A stretch of 64,000 nt of DNA, taken from Felis catus (Eukaryota). Below, one piece after another: positions 1-11,840 of the stretch; the first letter of the stretch is position 1; each line of letters begins with the position of its first letter. The position numbers and the translations under genes were made by a program. Where the stretch lies: NCBI RefSeq assembly GCF_018350175.1, contig NC_058368.1, positions 53,570,001 through 53,634,000 of the forward strand, read 5' to 3'. Below the pieces are notes generated by a model. The model was not told the origin of the DNA, did not search any database, and saw only the letters and a list, made by a program, of their open reading frames with translations.

Positions 1-130
1 AATGACTTTGAAAACTTTTGAGGAAGAAAGCATGAAGTCTGGATAACTAGTAGCATTTCTTCTTTATGCATTGTTTGCTTTTGCTAAGGCATTTTGTTAC
101 CTAATGTTTTAAGAAACCTGACTTAAAAAA

Positions 131-326
131 TTTTTTTTTAATGTTTATTTTTGAGAGAGAGACAGCGTGAATGGGGAAAGATCAGAGAAAGAGAGAGAAC
201 CCCAAACAGGCTCTAGGCCCTGAGCAGTCATCACAGAGCCGTATGCCGGGCTAGAACCCACAAACTGCGAGATCATGACCTGAGTCAAAGTCAGATGCTT
301 AACCGACTGAGACACCCAGGTGCCCC
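131..326 (-). mobile_element. CAN-SINE (SINEC_Fc-like)
   Basis: Reverse complement begins GGGGCACCTGGGTGTCTCAGTCGGTTAAGC, with CT-rich region and A tail; imperfect TSD aaacc(c)tgactt on both sides. Confidence 0.95.
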
Positions 327-430
327 AACAAACCCTGACTTCTAACAAAAGAACAAAAGTCTTTATAGAATTCCTTAGGTGCTAAAAATGACTTGTATAC
401 GTTTTCTTAGTTTTACATATATTTTCTTAC

Positions 431-566
431 CACCTGCTTTTAAAGATGAGGATGCTGGGGCTTTTGGAAATGAAACGAATTGCCAGATGCCATGCTTCTA
501 CCTTCCAGAGCTTGTGAACTTTCCAAATACTACAAGACGCTGGATTTATTTACAGTCTCTGATACC
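431..566 (-). pseudogene. Candidate degenerate exon (136 nt) of an unidentified dead gene
   Basis: Minus strand ctaacttatcag|GGTATC...GCAGGTG|gtaaga. Phase-0 reading GIRDCK*IQRLVVFGKFTSSGR*KHGIWQFVSFPKAPASSSLKAG has two stops. Confidence 0.4.
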
Positions 567-1057
567 CTGATAAGTTAGCAGAATATCTATAACTCAGAAG
601 CAAAAGTGGGAGCGGGGTGAGGAGAGCATGTAAACCTTTCTGAAATGGATCCAGTTACTGGCAGAGAAGGAAAGCAGTCTCCTTTTGCCTTGGGCAGTGA
701 AATACCTTGGACCCACCCTGGATGTAAGAACAGGGGAAAGGACCAAAGGGATGTGAGGAATTCAAGAGCTTTACCTCAGGGTAGGGAAGTGAATCTGATG
801 AAATGGCACCTGAAAACCACATTTGTTCTGGGAGCCTGAGACCAGGAAAGATGTGGACATTTTCTTGGAAAACGTTCAGAGGAGAAATCAGGAAGATGAC
901 GGAGGAGGGTGGAGGGATAGGTTAAAGGAATTAAGTAGGTTCACCTGGGCTTAGAGACAGCAAAGCTAGGCCTTGTTAACCATCTGCAATTATTTGGATG
1001 TAGAAATACCAGGGAAGGTAAAGTGCTACTCGGGGTGGAACAAAGAAGTAGAATTAC

Positions 1058-1084
1058 CTGAAAATTAAGGCAATGAAAACGAAC
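1058..1084 (-). pseudogene. Candidate 27-nt micro-exon
   Basis: tttcatattcag|GTTCGT...TTTCAG|gtaatt; reads VRFHCLNFQ in phase 0. Confidence 0.3.
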
Positions 1085-1200
1085 CTGAATATGAAATAAT
1101 TCATGTTTACAAGAATGTTCATGGCAGTTCTATTATAAAACTTCTTAGTGTTAAAGGACCAAGATACCTTAGATGAAAACTGCAGAACATAGTTTATTAC

Positions 1201-1243
1201 CTCAAAAAATAATCCTGTTTTTATGTTATAAACTGTATCAAAC
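1201..1243 (-). pseudogene. Candidate 43-nt exon
   Basis: gaattcag|GTTTGA...TTTGAG|gtaata; phase 2 to 0, reads FDTVYNIKTGLFFE. Confidence 0.3.
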
Positions 1244-1483
1244 CTGAATTCAAGTACTCTACGTACTCCTCCCCGCCCACCCCCCGCAAAAAAACCCAAA
1301 AAACAAAAAAACAAAAAAAAACCCACGACGGAATTTGTACTGAGCAGATCACACTGTCATTCAGCTGGGTGCCAGGGACATCGCTAATGCCATTTATTCT
1401 TGACCCGTGGGTTGACTCAAGGTGATGAGGAAGGCACTGGATGTTCTCTCTAGGAGAGAGGTTCACTGACCCAAGGGAGTGGC

Positions 1484-1500
1484 TGGCCACCAGAGGTCAC
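1484..1500 (+). promoter_or_regulatory. CTCF-like motif
   Basis: TGGCCACCAGAGGTCAC, one mismatch to the core CCASYAGRKGGCRS. Confidence 0.4.
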
Positions 1501-2069
1501 CTGGAGAGGTCCGTGCTGGGGCTGTGGTTTTATCTATGTGCCATGAAGAAAGAACTATGTTCTTGTCAAACTCCTGCCTCCTTACTGGTAACATTTAACC
1601 TTGACTTTCAGATTCTGTCCTTGGCCCTTCAGCTATTTTAAAGTCCAGTCTTTATGCCTTTGTGCATTATATGCTGCTTTTATAAGATAGAAAATTCTTA
1701 TTTGGGAATATTTGCTTTCTTTAACAAAGTATTTTAAGATGGTATCTAGAATTCCTAGTATATACTTATTTTCACCTATACACACATAAGGGTTAATTTT
1801 GATTCAGGGAGAGATTTGATTTAGAGCTGGACAGTGTTTCTCTAACTTTCTGTGTTGACGGATCAATTTCTTTTTCAAGATCTTGTGGACCGATACTTTC
1901 TAGAATCCAGTAAAATTACTCAGGTAAAGGAAATAAACTCTGAAGACCTGCAAAGTACAAATGCTAACTTACTTTTAGATTTTTGCTGACAAAATTCACT
2001 TTGGAAATTGTTACAGAAGTCACTAAATCCTTCTCAGTTCTGTGTTCCATAGGAAAGTCTGTCTAGGGT

Positions 2070-2255
2070 TCTACTCTTGACTCTGCTGTTTCCTGATCGT
2101 GTTGCCTCTGGCAGCACATTTACTCACCCAGAGCATGAGTTTTCTTATTTCTAAAATGGATATAATAATTTCTGTTCTTTCTCTCTGGGCATGGTGAAGA
2201 TTGTGGCAGGAAGGAAGGAAGGAAGCTTGGTTTGTAACTAGTGAGGTGCTAATTA
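2070..2255 (+). mobile_element. MIR fragment
   Basis: Degenerate core agttttcttatttctaaaatggatataataat. Confidence 0.6.
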
Positions 2256-2256
2256 C

Positions 2257-2678
2257 ATATTGTAGACCATATGGGTGAAATGGTTCCTGTGTGATGTGCT
2301 TGAGAAAGTTTTCGTTTGTTCTAGCTAAGAAGTGAGTTTTTCATCCAGTTAAATTTTTTAAAGATCTTCAGTTCCAAACTGCTTGAATTTTGAATGTTTT
2401 TATTCCAGGAATATTTTGTGCATTTGACTGGTCAGCAAAATCGAAGAGCCAAGGACCAGTGGTACAGGTTTCAAGAGGTTACATGCTTCAGGATAACTTT
2501 GGGGCTTTTTCATGCCATGTACGTTGGCCCCTTGCTCCAGATTCAGAGCTATCCCCCTTCTCGCAGGCTGGGATATAATTTTTCAAAGTTCATATGTTAT
2601 TTCTTTCTCCTGAGATTTTTCCAAGTGTCTTATAGTTGGACATCAAAACCAGAAGATGTGGGTGGAGTTGTAGAAGTT
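2257..2678 (-). pseudogene. Candidate large degenerate exon (422 nt)
   Basis: A poly-T tract ends in TG instead of AG; donor AT|gtaatt; phase 0 to 2. It has 6 stops in 140 codons, so coding evidence is weak on its own. Confidence 0.25.
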
Positions 2679-2982
2679 CAAAAAAAAAAAAATCTCATAG
2701 GACATTGATATTTCACCCGTTCAACTCTAGCTTGAGAATAATTACTCTCTACATAGTGTTAGTTTGTGAGTTTTACAAGTAGATTTGAGGGACCAGGAGG
2801 TTGAGAATTTAGGAAATAGAGGTGCTAATAATAGCATGAGAAGTGCCTATAGATTAATTGGGAACAATTCAAATATGGAGGCCATCTGCTTGGCCTGAAA
2901 TATGGCAGATTAAGATAATAGACATTTGACATTAAGATTTAGGCAAACTTTCAGTGGGCAGAAACCTACTAAACTACTTAAC

Positions 2983-3042
2983 TTTCAAGAAAGGCTATAA
3001 TTTTTGCTTGACTGTTTCTTGGATTTTCTGTGCTTCAAAAAT
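2983..3042 (-). pseudogene. Candidate 60-nt exon
   Basis: ctgtattctctag|ATTTTT...TTGAAA|gttaagt; reads IFEAQKIQETVKQKL*PFLK. Confidence 0.35.
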
Positions 3043-3489
3043 CTAGAGAATACAGAATATTTTGTGTTCCCTAGATCCTGCATGTGTGTCATAATAAGGG
3101 ACTCCTGACTACTTCCATAGAGGATTGTTAAGTGTAGATGATCACATAGAAGATTAACACATCCTTTCATATACCACTATCTGTGATTCTATAGGACAAG
3201 TGGTACATATACCAGAAATCTCCAAGTACATTCTAGAATAATTCATGATTTAGAATGATGCCAGAAAATCATACATACATAGTTTAATCTCACATTTGTT
3301 TTTTAGCACATCATTATTTGATTCTTATCAGTCAAACTTTGAAGTATTTGGAAAAAAGGTGTAGCTAAGAATAAAGCTACTTGACATATAACCATCTACT
3401 GCAGTAATATTGGAGGAAGACTTTGTAAAACCTGAAGATCCAATTAAGGGAGGAGTGTGGGTTTGAGATTCAGATAGAACGGAGTGTTT

Positions 3490-3665
3490 GTCTCTCCCTC
3501 CTCAGTTACCAGCTATGTGACCCTGGGCAAATTAAGTGATTTCTGTAAACCCCAGTTTCTTCATCTGTAAAATGGAGCTAATCTCGTCTTACTTGTAGTG
3601 TTGTTACAGGATTAAATAAGAAAGCCTATAAAGACATCTAATCTTGTCCCTAGTATAGAAAAATT
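3490..3665 (+). mobile_element. MIR
   Basis: agctatgtgaccctgggcaa...cagtttcttcatctgtaaaatgg core. Confidence 0.85.
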
Positions 3666-3759
3666 TTAAATAGGGGTTTCTCTTCCTTTCCTTTAGTGAC
3701 CTTTTGAGATTACAGATTTGTACATGTTTGTTGACTAGACACTTCTACTGAAATGATAA

Positions 3760-4112
3760 TTGTGAAGTCCAGTGAGATAAAACAAATACCATAATACCAT
3801 ATGATTTCACTTACATGTGGAATCTAAACAAACAAACAAAAAACCCCATAAATACAGAGAACAAACTGGTGGTTGCCAGAGGGGAGGGTGCTAAGGGGGA
3901 TGGGCAAAATGGATGAAGGGGGGTGGAAAGTACAGGCTTCAGTTATGGATGAAAGGTACAGCATAGGGAATATAGTCAATGGTATTATAATAGAGATGGA
4001 TGGTGACAGGGTAGCTACATTCGTGGTGAGCATAGCAATAATGTACATAGTTGTCTGATCACTGTTGTATACTTGAAGCTGATGTAACATTGTGTGTCAA
4101 CTATACTTCAAC
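3760..4112 (+). mobile_element. L1 3' end (L1MA/carnivore type)
   Basis: atatgatttcacttacatgtggaatctaaa...gtcaactatacttcaa, typical L1 3' UTR. Confidence 0.9.
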
Positions 4113-4899
4113 TTAGAGTCCACACACCCTTGAACAAAAGGTAACAATGTCAGATTTCTACTTCTGATATACCAAGACTATATTTCAGAAAGTGGTTTCT
4201 TGACTCCAAACCTAATCATTTGATTTAAACTTTAACTGTTCTTAACCTTTTTAGGTTGATCTTAAGCACACAAAAATGTGCTGAGCTTGATTAAATTTGA
4301 CTCATTTTAAAGCTAATTTGAAGGTTATAGTCAGGGCCTACCGTCCTGAATCATGTAGAAGTTTGAGTGCTGACAGTTTCTGGCAGGTCTTTTCATGGAA
4401 CCACATAGAAAACAGAAACTACGCTATTCCAACAATTGTTTTAGTGATTTACTGTAATATATATGAGTACCGTTTTATAGAAGTCTGCCTTTTAAAAATG
4501 CATATCTGATCTGATATGGTTACATTTTTCTTTGAATGACTAGTGAGTAGAATTTTTCAATTCTATTTCCCGTATGTCCTTATATTCAAAAAGATCATTG
4601 TATCTACCTGTTCTCAAAAGCCTTAGTGTATCATGATAATTGTTATGGTGTTTGTCTTCTCTCAGAGAAACATATAGTTAGCAGTCTCCCCTTCTTAACA
4701 ACCAAGGGCTCACATGTAGACAAGACCTAACTAATATGTATTAAGTGTATGTTGACTTAAAATATTTTGGAATGATACAATGGAAGATCTAAAACAAACA
4801 AACAAACAAAAAACCCCCAAAAACCCAAAATAAGCATTTCTGAGCATGGACTGTGTTTGGGGACTCTGCCTTTCTTTACCATTTTAGAGGACATACCAC

Positions 4900-5219
4900 T
4901 TTTTTTTTTTTTTAAATTGAGTAACCTTTATTCAACAATTGTCAATGGCATTCTTTTTACATAACCATTAAACTAAAAATATCAATTCATTTTGGGTCAC
5001 ACTTTCATTTAAAGAATTCTCATCGGTGCTTGATGGGAGAAGAATCTTGGCCTTCTCTTGCTCTCATTCTGCCATTTCTCTATTTATTCAATTTCTTTCC
5101 TTTCTTTGATATTCAACTGTTCTTTCTGTTGCTTAACTCCTTACACTATTAACTTGACTCCAGACTTTTCTAAAAATGTTAACTATTTTTTCTGCTCTTT
5201 TTCCTTCTTATTCTCCTTC
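4900..5219 (-). pseudogene. 5'-truncated processed retrocopy of an unidentified mRNA
   Basis: TSD agaggacatacca at 4886-4898 and 5220-5232; poly(T) 4900-4913; AATAAA on the minus strand at 4927-4932. The purine-rich body does not resemble SINE or L1. Confidence 0.85.
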
Positions 5220-5342
5220 AGAGGACATACCATTTTTTTTGTGGTTAGTCTTTCCATTCAGCAGGAATGCGAGGGACTTGATGTTGCCATATTTTCACGA
5301 ATGTGGGTTTGAGGCACAGTGAAATGGATTTTAAAACAAAGA

Positions 5343-5790
5343 CTAGTTCATAGCAGCACTATTCAAGGGTGGAAGCAATCCAAGTGTCCCTCTATAGATG
5401 AATCGATGAACAAAAGGTAGTATATGTATACAACAGAATATTCAGCCTTAGAAAGGAAGGAAATTGACACATGTGGCACATGAACACTGAGAACATCATG
5501 CTGAGTGAAATAAGCCATTCACAAAAAAACAACTATTGTATGATTATACTTATACCAAGTACCTAGTGTGGTCACATTAATAGAGATGAGAATGGTGGTT
5601 GTCAGGGGTTGAGGGGAAGGAGAAATGAAGAGTTGTTTAATGGGAATAGCAATAGGGTTTCAGTTTTGCAAGATGAAAAGAGTTCTGGGTTGGGTATACC
5701 TCAGTGTGAATGTACTTAATACTAAAGTATGCATTTGAAAATGGTTAAAATGGCAAATTTTATGCATACTTTACCATAATTTTAAAGACT
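5343..5790 (+). mobile_element. L1MB-like 3' end
   Basis: ttcatagcagcactattc...atgctgagtgaaataagcc...aaaatggttaaaatggcaaatttt. Confidence 0.9.
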
Positions 5791-6042
5791 ATAGTAAAAA
5801 TTTTAAAGACTAAAGTTAAAAAAAAAACACAAGAATTTTACTAGACTCTCAATCTTTTGTCTGTAACTTATGACCTTACATGGTCCACAATACAGTTTTT
5901 GAACTGGAGTAACCTTGGTATTAGGACATCAGGAATGTAATTTGTACAATTTGAAATGTTATCTCTCCAGATGACCCTCATTGCCCGTCATCAAGATTGT
6001 ATAAACAGGTTTAGAAAGGTTAAAAAGGCTGTTGGAACTTAC

Positions 6043-6260
6043 CCGTTTGCTAAAACCTAAAATACGTAGATCAATTTTTTCTGATCTTGGCCATGGAGGA
6101 GTACAGACCTCATTAACTTTTTCACTATCTTCTCAGTGTTTTCAGTTTTCACTGCTGTCAGTCCATGTTCTATGGCACTTCTGGTTTTATCCCTGCTTGA
6201 CAAGGTTAAGCCAGTTGATGATTTACAGTTCTGTTCAGCTTTCTTTTCCATAGATTTCTC
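6043..6260 (-). pseudogene. Candidate exon (218 nt) with apparent frameshift
   Basis: cttatcag|GAGAAA...AAACGG|gtaagt. Frame 0 is open for 67 codons (EKSMEKKAEQNCK...); a second frame is open to the donor (EDSEKVNEVCTPPWPRSEKIDLRILGFSKR). Confidence 0.45.
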
Positions 6261-6777
6261 CTGATAAGCGTAGTGTGAACTCTAGACTATGTGTGAAGAG
6301 CTGAAAAGCCGAAAGGTTTTTATTAGTGTTTCTATTTTCATATTCAGTAATTTTCTAAGGGCAAAAATGTGTCCATGGACCATGTCCTCTATGGAAAAAA
6401 TATAGGATGAAAGTTTTGTTTGTTTTTGTTTTGTTTTCTTTTGGTCCTACATAAAGCAAAATTCAAAGTCTAACCTTCCTGATGACCTTTTATGCTGTCT
6501 CCAGATAAACCTATTTAGTATTTCCCTTAACTATATTCTAAAAAGTGAACAAAGTATTCTGTGTGCTCTGACATATTCTAAGCTGATATGGGGGATTGCG
6601 ACAATCATTAAACTTCAGTATGTTAGGAGTACTTGCATTCTGTAACAGGTGTTAAAATGAAGGTAATGCTTTCTTTACTCTTGTGTTGGATAGATCTAAA
6701 TATGACTAGTAGATGTTTTAAGTTCAGATCATAACAGAAATAAATACAAATCCTCTATACTAATCCTAGCTCTTTAC

Positions 6778-6899
6778 CTATTGCACTGACTGCTGGTTAG
6801 TTGTTCTTTCCTTTCAGAACACTGTTGACCTTTGTCCTCTTCAGCTGATCCATCATTTTGTCCATATTTGGAGATAGCAAATATACATATTTTTAATAC
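6778..6899 (-). pseudogene. Candidate exon (122 nt)
   Basis: ctgctctag|GTATTA...CAATAG|gtaaag; open frame VLKICIFAISKYGQNDGSAEEDKGQQCSERKEQLTSSQCN. Confidence 0.4.
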
Positions 6900-8354
6900 C
6901 TAGAGCAGATTATGAGTAATTTCCATAAATCAAAGCCCAAAGCTTTCTAATGGTTTGTAGGACTCCTGTCTTATCCTGAATTAAGAGATTTGGAAGTAAA
7001 GCAACTTTTGAGAACTTGTATTTAGAAATAGTCATCAAGATAAAGGCCTATCACCTGCATCTCCTAAGTAGTCATGAAACTGGCTGTGAAACAAGATGGT
7101 AAGTCCTACAAGGCTCTAGAGAATGCAATGTGGAGAGAGAGACATCCAGGACATGGAAGTGATGGAGGAGAGAGAGTGAAAATTGAAGATGGGACAGTGT
7201 GAGGCAAAATTATTCCTCATAAATTCACAAATCAAGGAATACATTTAGATCCAATCTCAGTGAGGAGTTCTTACTGGCCAGGGAGAGGTAATGGTGCATC
7301 CGGATACATTCGTTTTCAGTGATAGCAATCCTTTGTATCAAAAGGCAATCAGGTTATGAATTTGGGTTTTGTATCAACTACAGGGCCACCCAAAACTTGA
7401 GCCCTTAGGAGCACAGGTTAAATTCTGGAGAATAGGCTGGAATTATAAGCTAGAGTCCCGATTCCACAGTGAACTTAACGAGAACCAGGTTCTGGATACC
7501 TGGAGAAAATGGTTTCACAGCTCATTTCTGAATGTACCAGGTGCCCAACACTCACCGATTGGGGACTGAGGTTGCAGGCAGAAAAGCATTACAGGCAGCT
7601 GGAATGGGGTTAGGATTGGTGGACACATTTATGAAGGTAAAACTGAAAGAAGGTGTGGGCTGGCTTGAAGTTGGTCTCCCTCCCCCGCTTCCTATTTCTT
7701 TCTCCCTGGTAGTGAGGTTGACTGCCACCTGCAGGTCAAACCTTACCTGAATTCTAAGGTCCATTTTGGACTGTCAGTAAGAGGTCCCTTTAGGATATTG
7801 TTAATTGACTCAGCAATTCGACTTACTGCCAGTTAGGAGGAAGTGACCTTTTAGTTCTGATAACTGAGTTTACTACCTCAGTAACTTTCTAGAACTGTCT
7901 TCTTGGACCTCCACATTTATTTGATAATTATTTGTGAGCATCTATTATCTACCAGGCAGAGGGAATGCAGAAGTGGATAAAAATATTTCCTGTTCTGTGA
8001 TCTCTGACCCAAGACGGAGGTCCCACTCTCTGCTGCTGGCTTCCTTCTGCTGAACCACATTTATCTGTCTTGGCTGCAAAGCCTCACCTCTGGGCCCCTT
8101 GTGGATGACCCTTCATCCTGATATTTTATTCCTTCCATTTAGATTTCCTACATTTATCTGAGTGCCATCCACCTAGCTCTGGCTCCCTGATGGTTCTTCC
8201 AGCACTGGCTTTGCCCTCACATTCTCCCCACTCCCCAACTCAGCACATCTGCTTCCAGGTCTGGCTCCCTGAGTCTGTGCCATTCAGCATGGTTAACATG
8301 ATCTGGGATATAATAAGAGGTTGATAAGTTTTCCCAAGTTCAACGTCATGAGAA

Positions 8355-8550
8355 AGTGTGTGGACTGGAGACACATCCAAATTCAAACTTAACTCTACCA
8401 TTTTTAGCAAGTAACCAAAAACAAGTTACTTACACTTTTTGAGTCTGTTTCATTATACGTAAGCTGCTCAAAATCCATCTCTAGGTTTTTGAGAGGTCTA
8501 AATGGGATGATGTATATCTGGCAAGTGACTCACAGGAGGTACTCTGTGAT
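8355..8550 (+). mobile_element. MIR
   Basis: ggactggagacac...ttcaaa...caagttacttacac...tctgtttc; MIR-like layout. Confidence 0.6.
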
Positions 8551-8569
8551 GGTTTTCTACTTTTGACAG

Positions 8570-8750
8570 CTTCATTGTCTCATTTGATACTGACCATAAC
8601 CATGGACAGAGAATGGGGCAGGGAGAGAATTCCTATCCTGCAGATACAGACCTTAAGCCTCAGGAGAGTTGAGTTATTCACATCAAGTAGCTATTGGTTA
8701 GAGGAGGAGCCGGTATAAAAAGCTAAGACCTAACTTTGCTCAGGGCTTTT
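8570..8750 (-). mobile_element. MIR
   Basis: Degenerate antisense MIR (cagatacagacc...gttgagttattcacatcaag). Confidence 0.5.
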
Positions 8751-9170
8751 TTTTTTTTCTCCATTAAATGGTGCCACTTTCACCTAAAAAATAAAATGAA
8801 ACAATATAACCAAAGAAATTCTACCACCACATATATTAAAAATGTTGGTCAACAGCTAAATAGCTTATAGTTCTTTTTTTTCTTTGCTCAATCTTGCTGT
8901 CCATCTTCTGTTAATTTGCCCATGCTGAATATAAAGGCTATGTGGAAAGGAATAACAACCATTTGGCAATAGCCAAAATATACTTCGTTTTCAGTGTGTA
9001 GCAAGTCCTGAATGTATTTTAAACATTTACTCATTTATATCCTGTGTTTACATTTCAGAATGATAGAAATAAAACGGAACTCTTGTGAGCCCATATTATC
9101 ATAGCTAGCAAGTGGCAGGTTATGCATTTGACTGAAATCTGACATCAGAGTCTAAAACTACTTACTTCCT

Positions 9171-9327
9171 AAATGTTTATTTGTGTGTATGAGAAAGAGA
9201 CAGAAGATCCGAAGCAGGTTCTTTGCTGAGAGCAGAGAGCCCGATGCAGGGATCAAACCCACAAGCTGTGAGATCCTGACCTGAGCTGAAGTCAGAAGCT
9301 TAACCAACTGAGCCACCCAGGCACCCC
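9171..9327 (-). mobile_element. CAN-SINE
   Basis: SINE head ends ...gagccacccaggcacccc; TSD taaaact(a/g)ctta(c/t)ttc. Confidence 0.95.
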
Positions 9328-9399
9328 TAAAACTGCTTATTTCTTAATTACCCCCTTATCTAAGTGGTTAGTGTACTTGTAATTTATTGCTATCTGTCT

Positions 9400-9690
9400 T
9401 AGCATTTTATATTAGTAAGTTAAAGATCTGCTTGTACTAGCTTGGACTCAAGGGGGCAGAACCAGCACAAAGTGAAGAGAGGACTTTGGATTTCTAACTT
9501 CCTGCCAACAGGAACAAGCTTAGAAATCTACTCTGCCATGACCTCAGGCAATTTTTTATGAAAAAGGAAGAATGACTCAGAAGGCAGAACAACAGCAGAG
9601 AGCCAGGAGTTCTAGAAAATTATTCACAGGGGGTGAGACTGGACTATGATCAAGAAAGTGGTTCTAGCCTGTGCTAGGACCAGAGTGGCA
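9400..9690 (+). mobile_element. MaLR internal-region fragment
   Basis: aaggaagaatgactcagaaggcagaac...gactggactatgatcaaga resembles the reverse complement of the MaLR internal sequence at about 58,375-58,485 in this window. Confidence 0.6.
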
Positions 9691-9739
9691 GAAGGAGAAA
9701 AAGGAAGGAAGGAGAGAAAGAAGGTATTAAAAAAGTAAG

Positions 9740-11840
9740 CAAGAAAAAGATAACTTCTTTCAGAAGATGTGATAAGTTATTTTAGGTTTTACATATAAAT
9801 CAAATTCTTAGATTTCAAAGATAATATAAACTTGTCAAAGTCTTCAGGTAAAACATTTAACTTTCAAAGGCAAAACTAGTAGATTGACATCAGACTTTTG
9901 TTAACTCCTACAAAGAAAAGGCAATAAGAGGGCATATTAAAAAGTGAAAAAGTAAATGATAAAAAGATTGGAGCATGTTAAAAGGATCCAGGAACTAAAC
10001 TGAAGAAGCTCCAGTGTCCAAAACTGGACCAATTGGAAGAACAAAACAGCAAATAGTGTTGACTTATAGTCCATAGACTAGATATTAATGAGTCCATACT
10101 GCTGAAATGGGGATAAAAAATAGCCTTTTCTTATGGAAGAATTCAAATGAATATAGAAGGAATGATACAAGCACCACATTAGGCAAAAATCTTACTAATA
10201 ATTATTGCAAGCCAAATCTTCCAGTGGATGCTAAAATCAGTGGGCAAAAGTTTGAAGAAAAATAGGACATTAACCTAGTCTAAAGTAACTCCCCAAATAT
10301 TTATCCACTATAGAGGGAAAATATTACAGTGGACACACCTGGAAAACACTTTTACAAAGTGATCGTGATTAAGCTATTGACTTTATAAACCCTTTGACAT
10401 GAAAAACATGATGGTCACAACATCACGTCTAGGATATTCTAAGCAAGAATTTATAATCTCCTGAAAACACCAGAAAGGCCACAACTGAGCTATATTTTAC
10501 AGAATAAGTGACCAGTACTCATTGAAAGTATTGAGGTAAGGGAAGACTGAGGAGCTGTCACAGTTTAGGGCTAAGAACAACACAACTAAATGAGATGTCT
10601 GATTGTGGATTGGATGCTTGAACATGAAAGGGATCTTAGTGGGGGCAAAATTGATGAGATTCTGATAAGGCTTGTAGTTAGTAGTGTTGTGTAGTCTTTC
10701 AATGTTAGTTTTCTGGCTTTGATAACTATATGTAAATAACATGAGGGGAAACTGGATGAATTCATTTCAGTGGACTAAAAATTTCAATGTGTAAGGCAGA
10801 ACCATAAAACTTCTAGAAGACAATATTGAAGCCATATGGCCTTTGAGTAAGAAGGGTTTCTTAAGACCCCCAAAATTTAAACCATAAATAGAATAACCGA
10901 TGAAACATCACATTAAAGTTAACAACTTTTGATACTACAAAGAAAACAAAGATGAACAAAAACTTAGAAGATGTTGCAAATCTACTGCCAGGAAAGAATT
11001 GTATTATAAATATATAAAGCATATATAAAGAGTTACTACTAATCAAGAAATGAAACAGAAATCCCACTAAATAGTGAAGTAGGTAAAAGACCTGAATATC
11101 TTAGAAAAGGATACATGAATGGCTCATAAACATATGAAGAGTTTTAATTTCATTAGTAATCAGTAAAATGATAGAAAGCTCATTTTAACACTTCTCAAAC
11201 TTGGCGGGGGGGGGGGGAGTTAAATACTAGAGTGTGCGAGAGGATAGGGATTAATGGAAACCTTTTTCCCTGCTGGTGGGAGTATTAACTGGTAGAGTCT
11301 CTTTGCAAAAAGTTTGGCTCTATCCATTAAAGGTAGAATTTGTGTTTCGGACTCGATATAACTCCTAGAAGAATTTCTGCACAGGAACATCTTGGGATAT
11401 GTGTAAGAATGTTCATGGTAGCATGATTCTGAGGAGTCAAGAATCAGAAAAAGTCCAAATGGTCACTAACTATAGAATATATAAATAAGTTGGTGTATTT
11501 GTAATCTATGGCAGTATATATAAAGGAATGAAAGCTACAATGTCAGTCTAGATGAGTCCTAAATATGTGAGAGAAGCAATGCATACTTTGTGATTTTATT
11601 CACACAAAGCTCAGAAAACTGGCAAAATGAAACTGTTCAGTGATTCACACATAAAAAGCAAAACTATAAAAAGAAAGGAATGATTTCAGGATGGTGATTG
11701 CCCTTGGAGGGAAGGGAGTGGTGATGGAGAGACACATCCAGGGGTCCGTTGATATATTAGTAATGTCTATTTCTCTATATATAGTCTATATAAAACATAA
11801 AAGAATGTTATATCTCATACATACCAAGTAGTATTATAAA
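9740..11840 (+). mobile_element. Mosaic of ancient L1 fragments (L1MC/L1ME-like)
   Basis: ORF1-like agattgacatcagactt, an L1MC-type 3' UTR, and an ORF2 3' end (accataaaacttctagaaga; aatgttcatggtagca). Confidence 0.8.

Noticed and set aside
1830..2050. Minus-strand AAA|gtaagt donor near 1,970 as another exon
   Set aside because: The surrounding sequence looks like an old hAT-type transposon, and no clear acceptor was found.
8740..8930. Two minus-strand acceptor-like sites near 8,783 and 8,924
   Set aside because: One runs into a MIR and the other lacks a GT donor; too weak to list.
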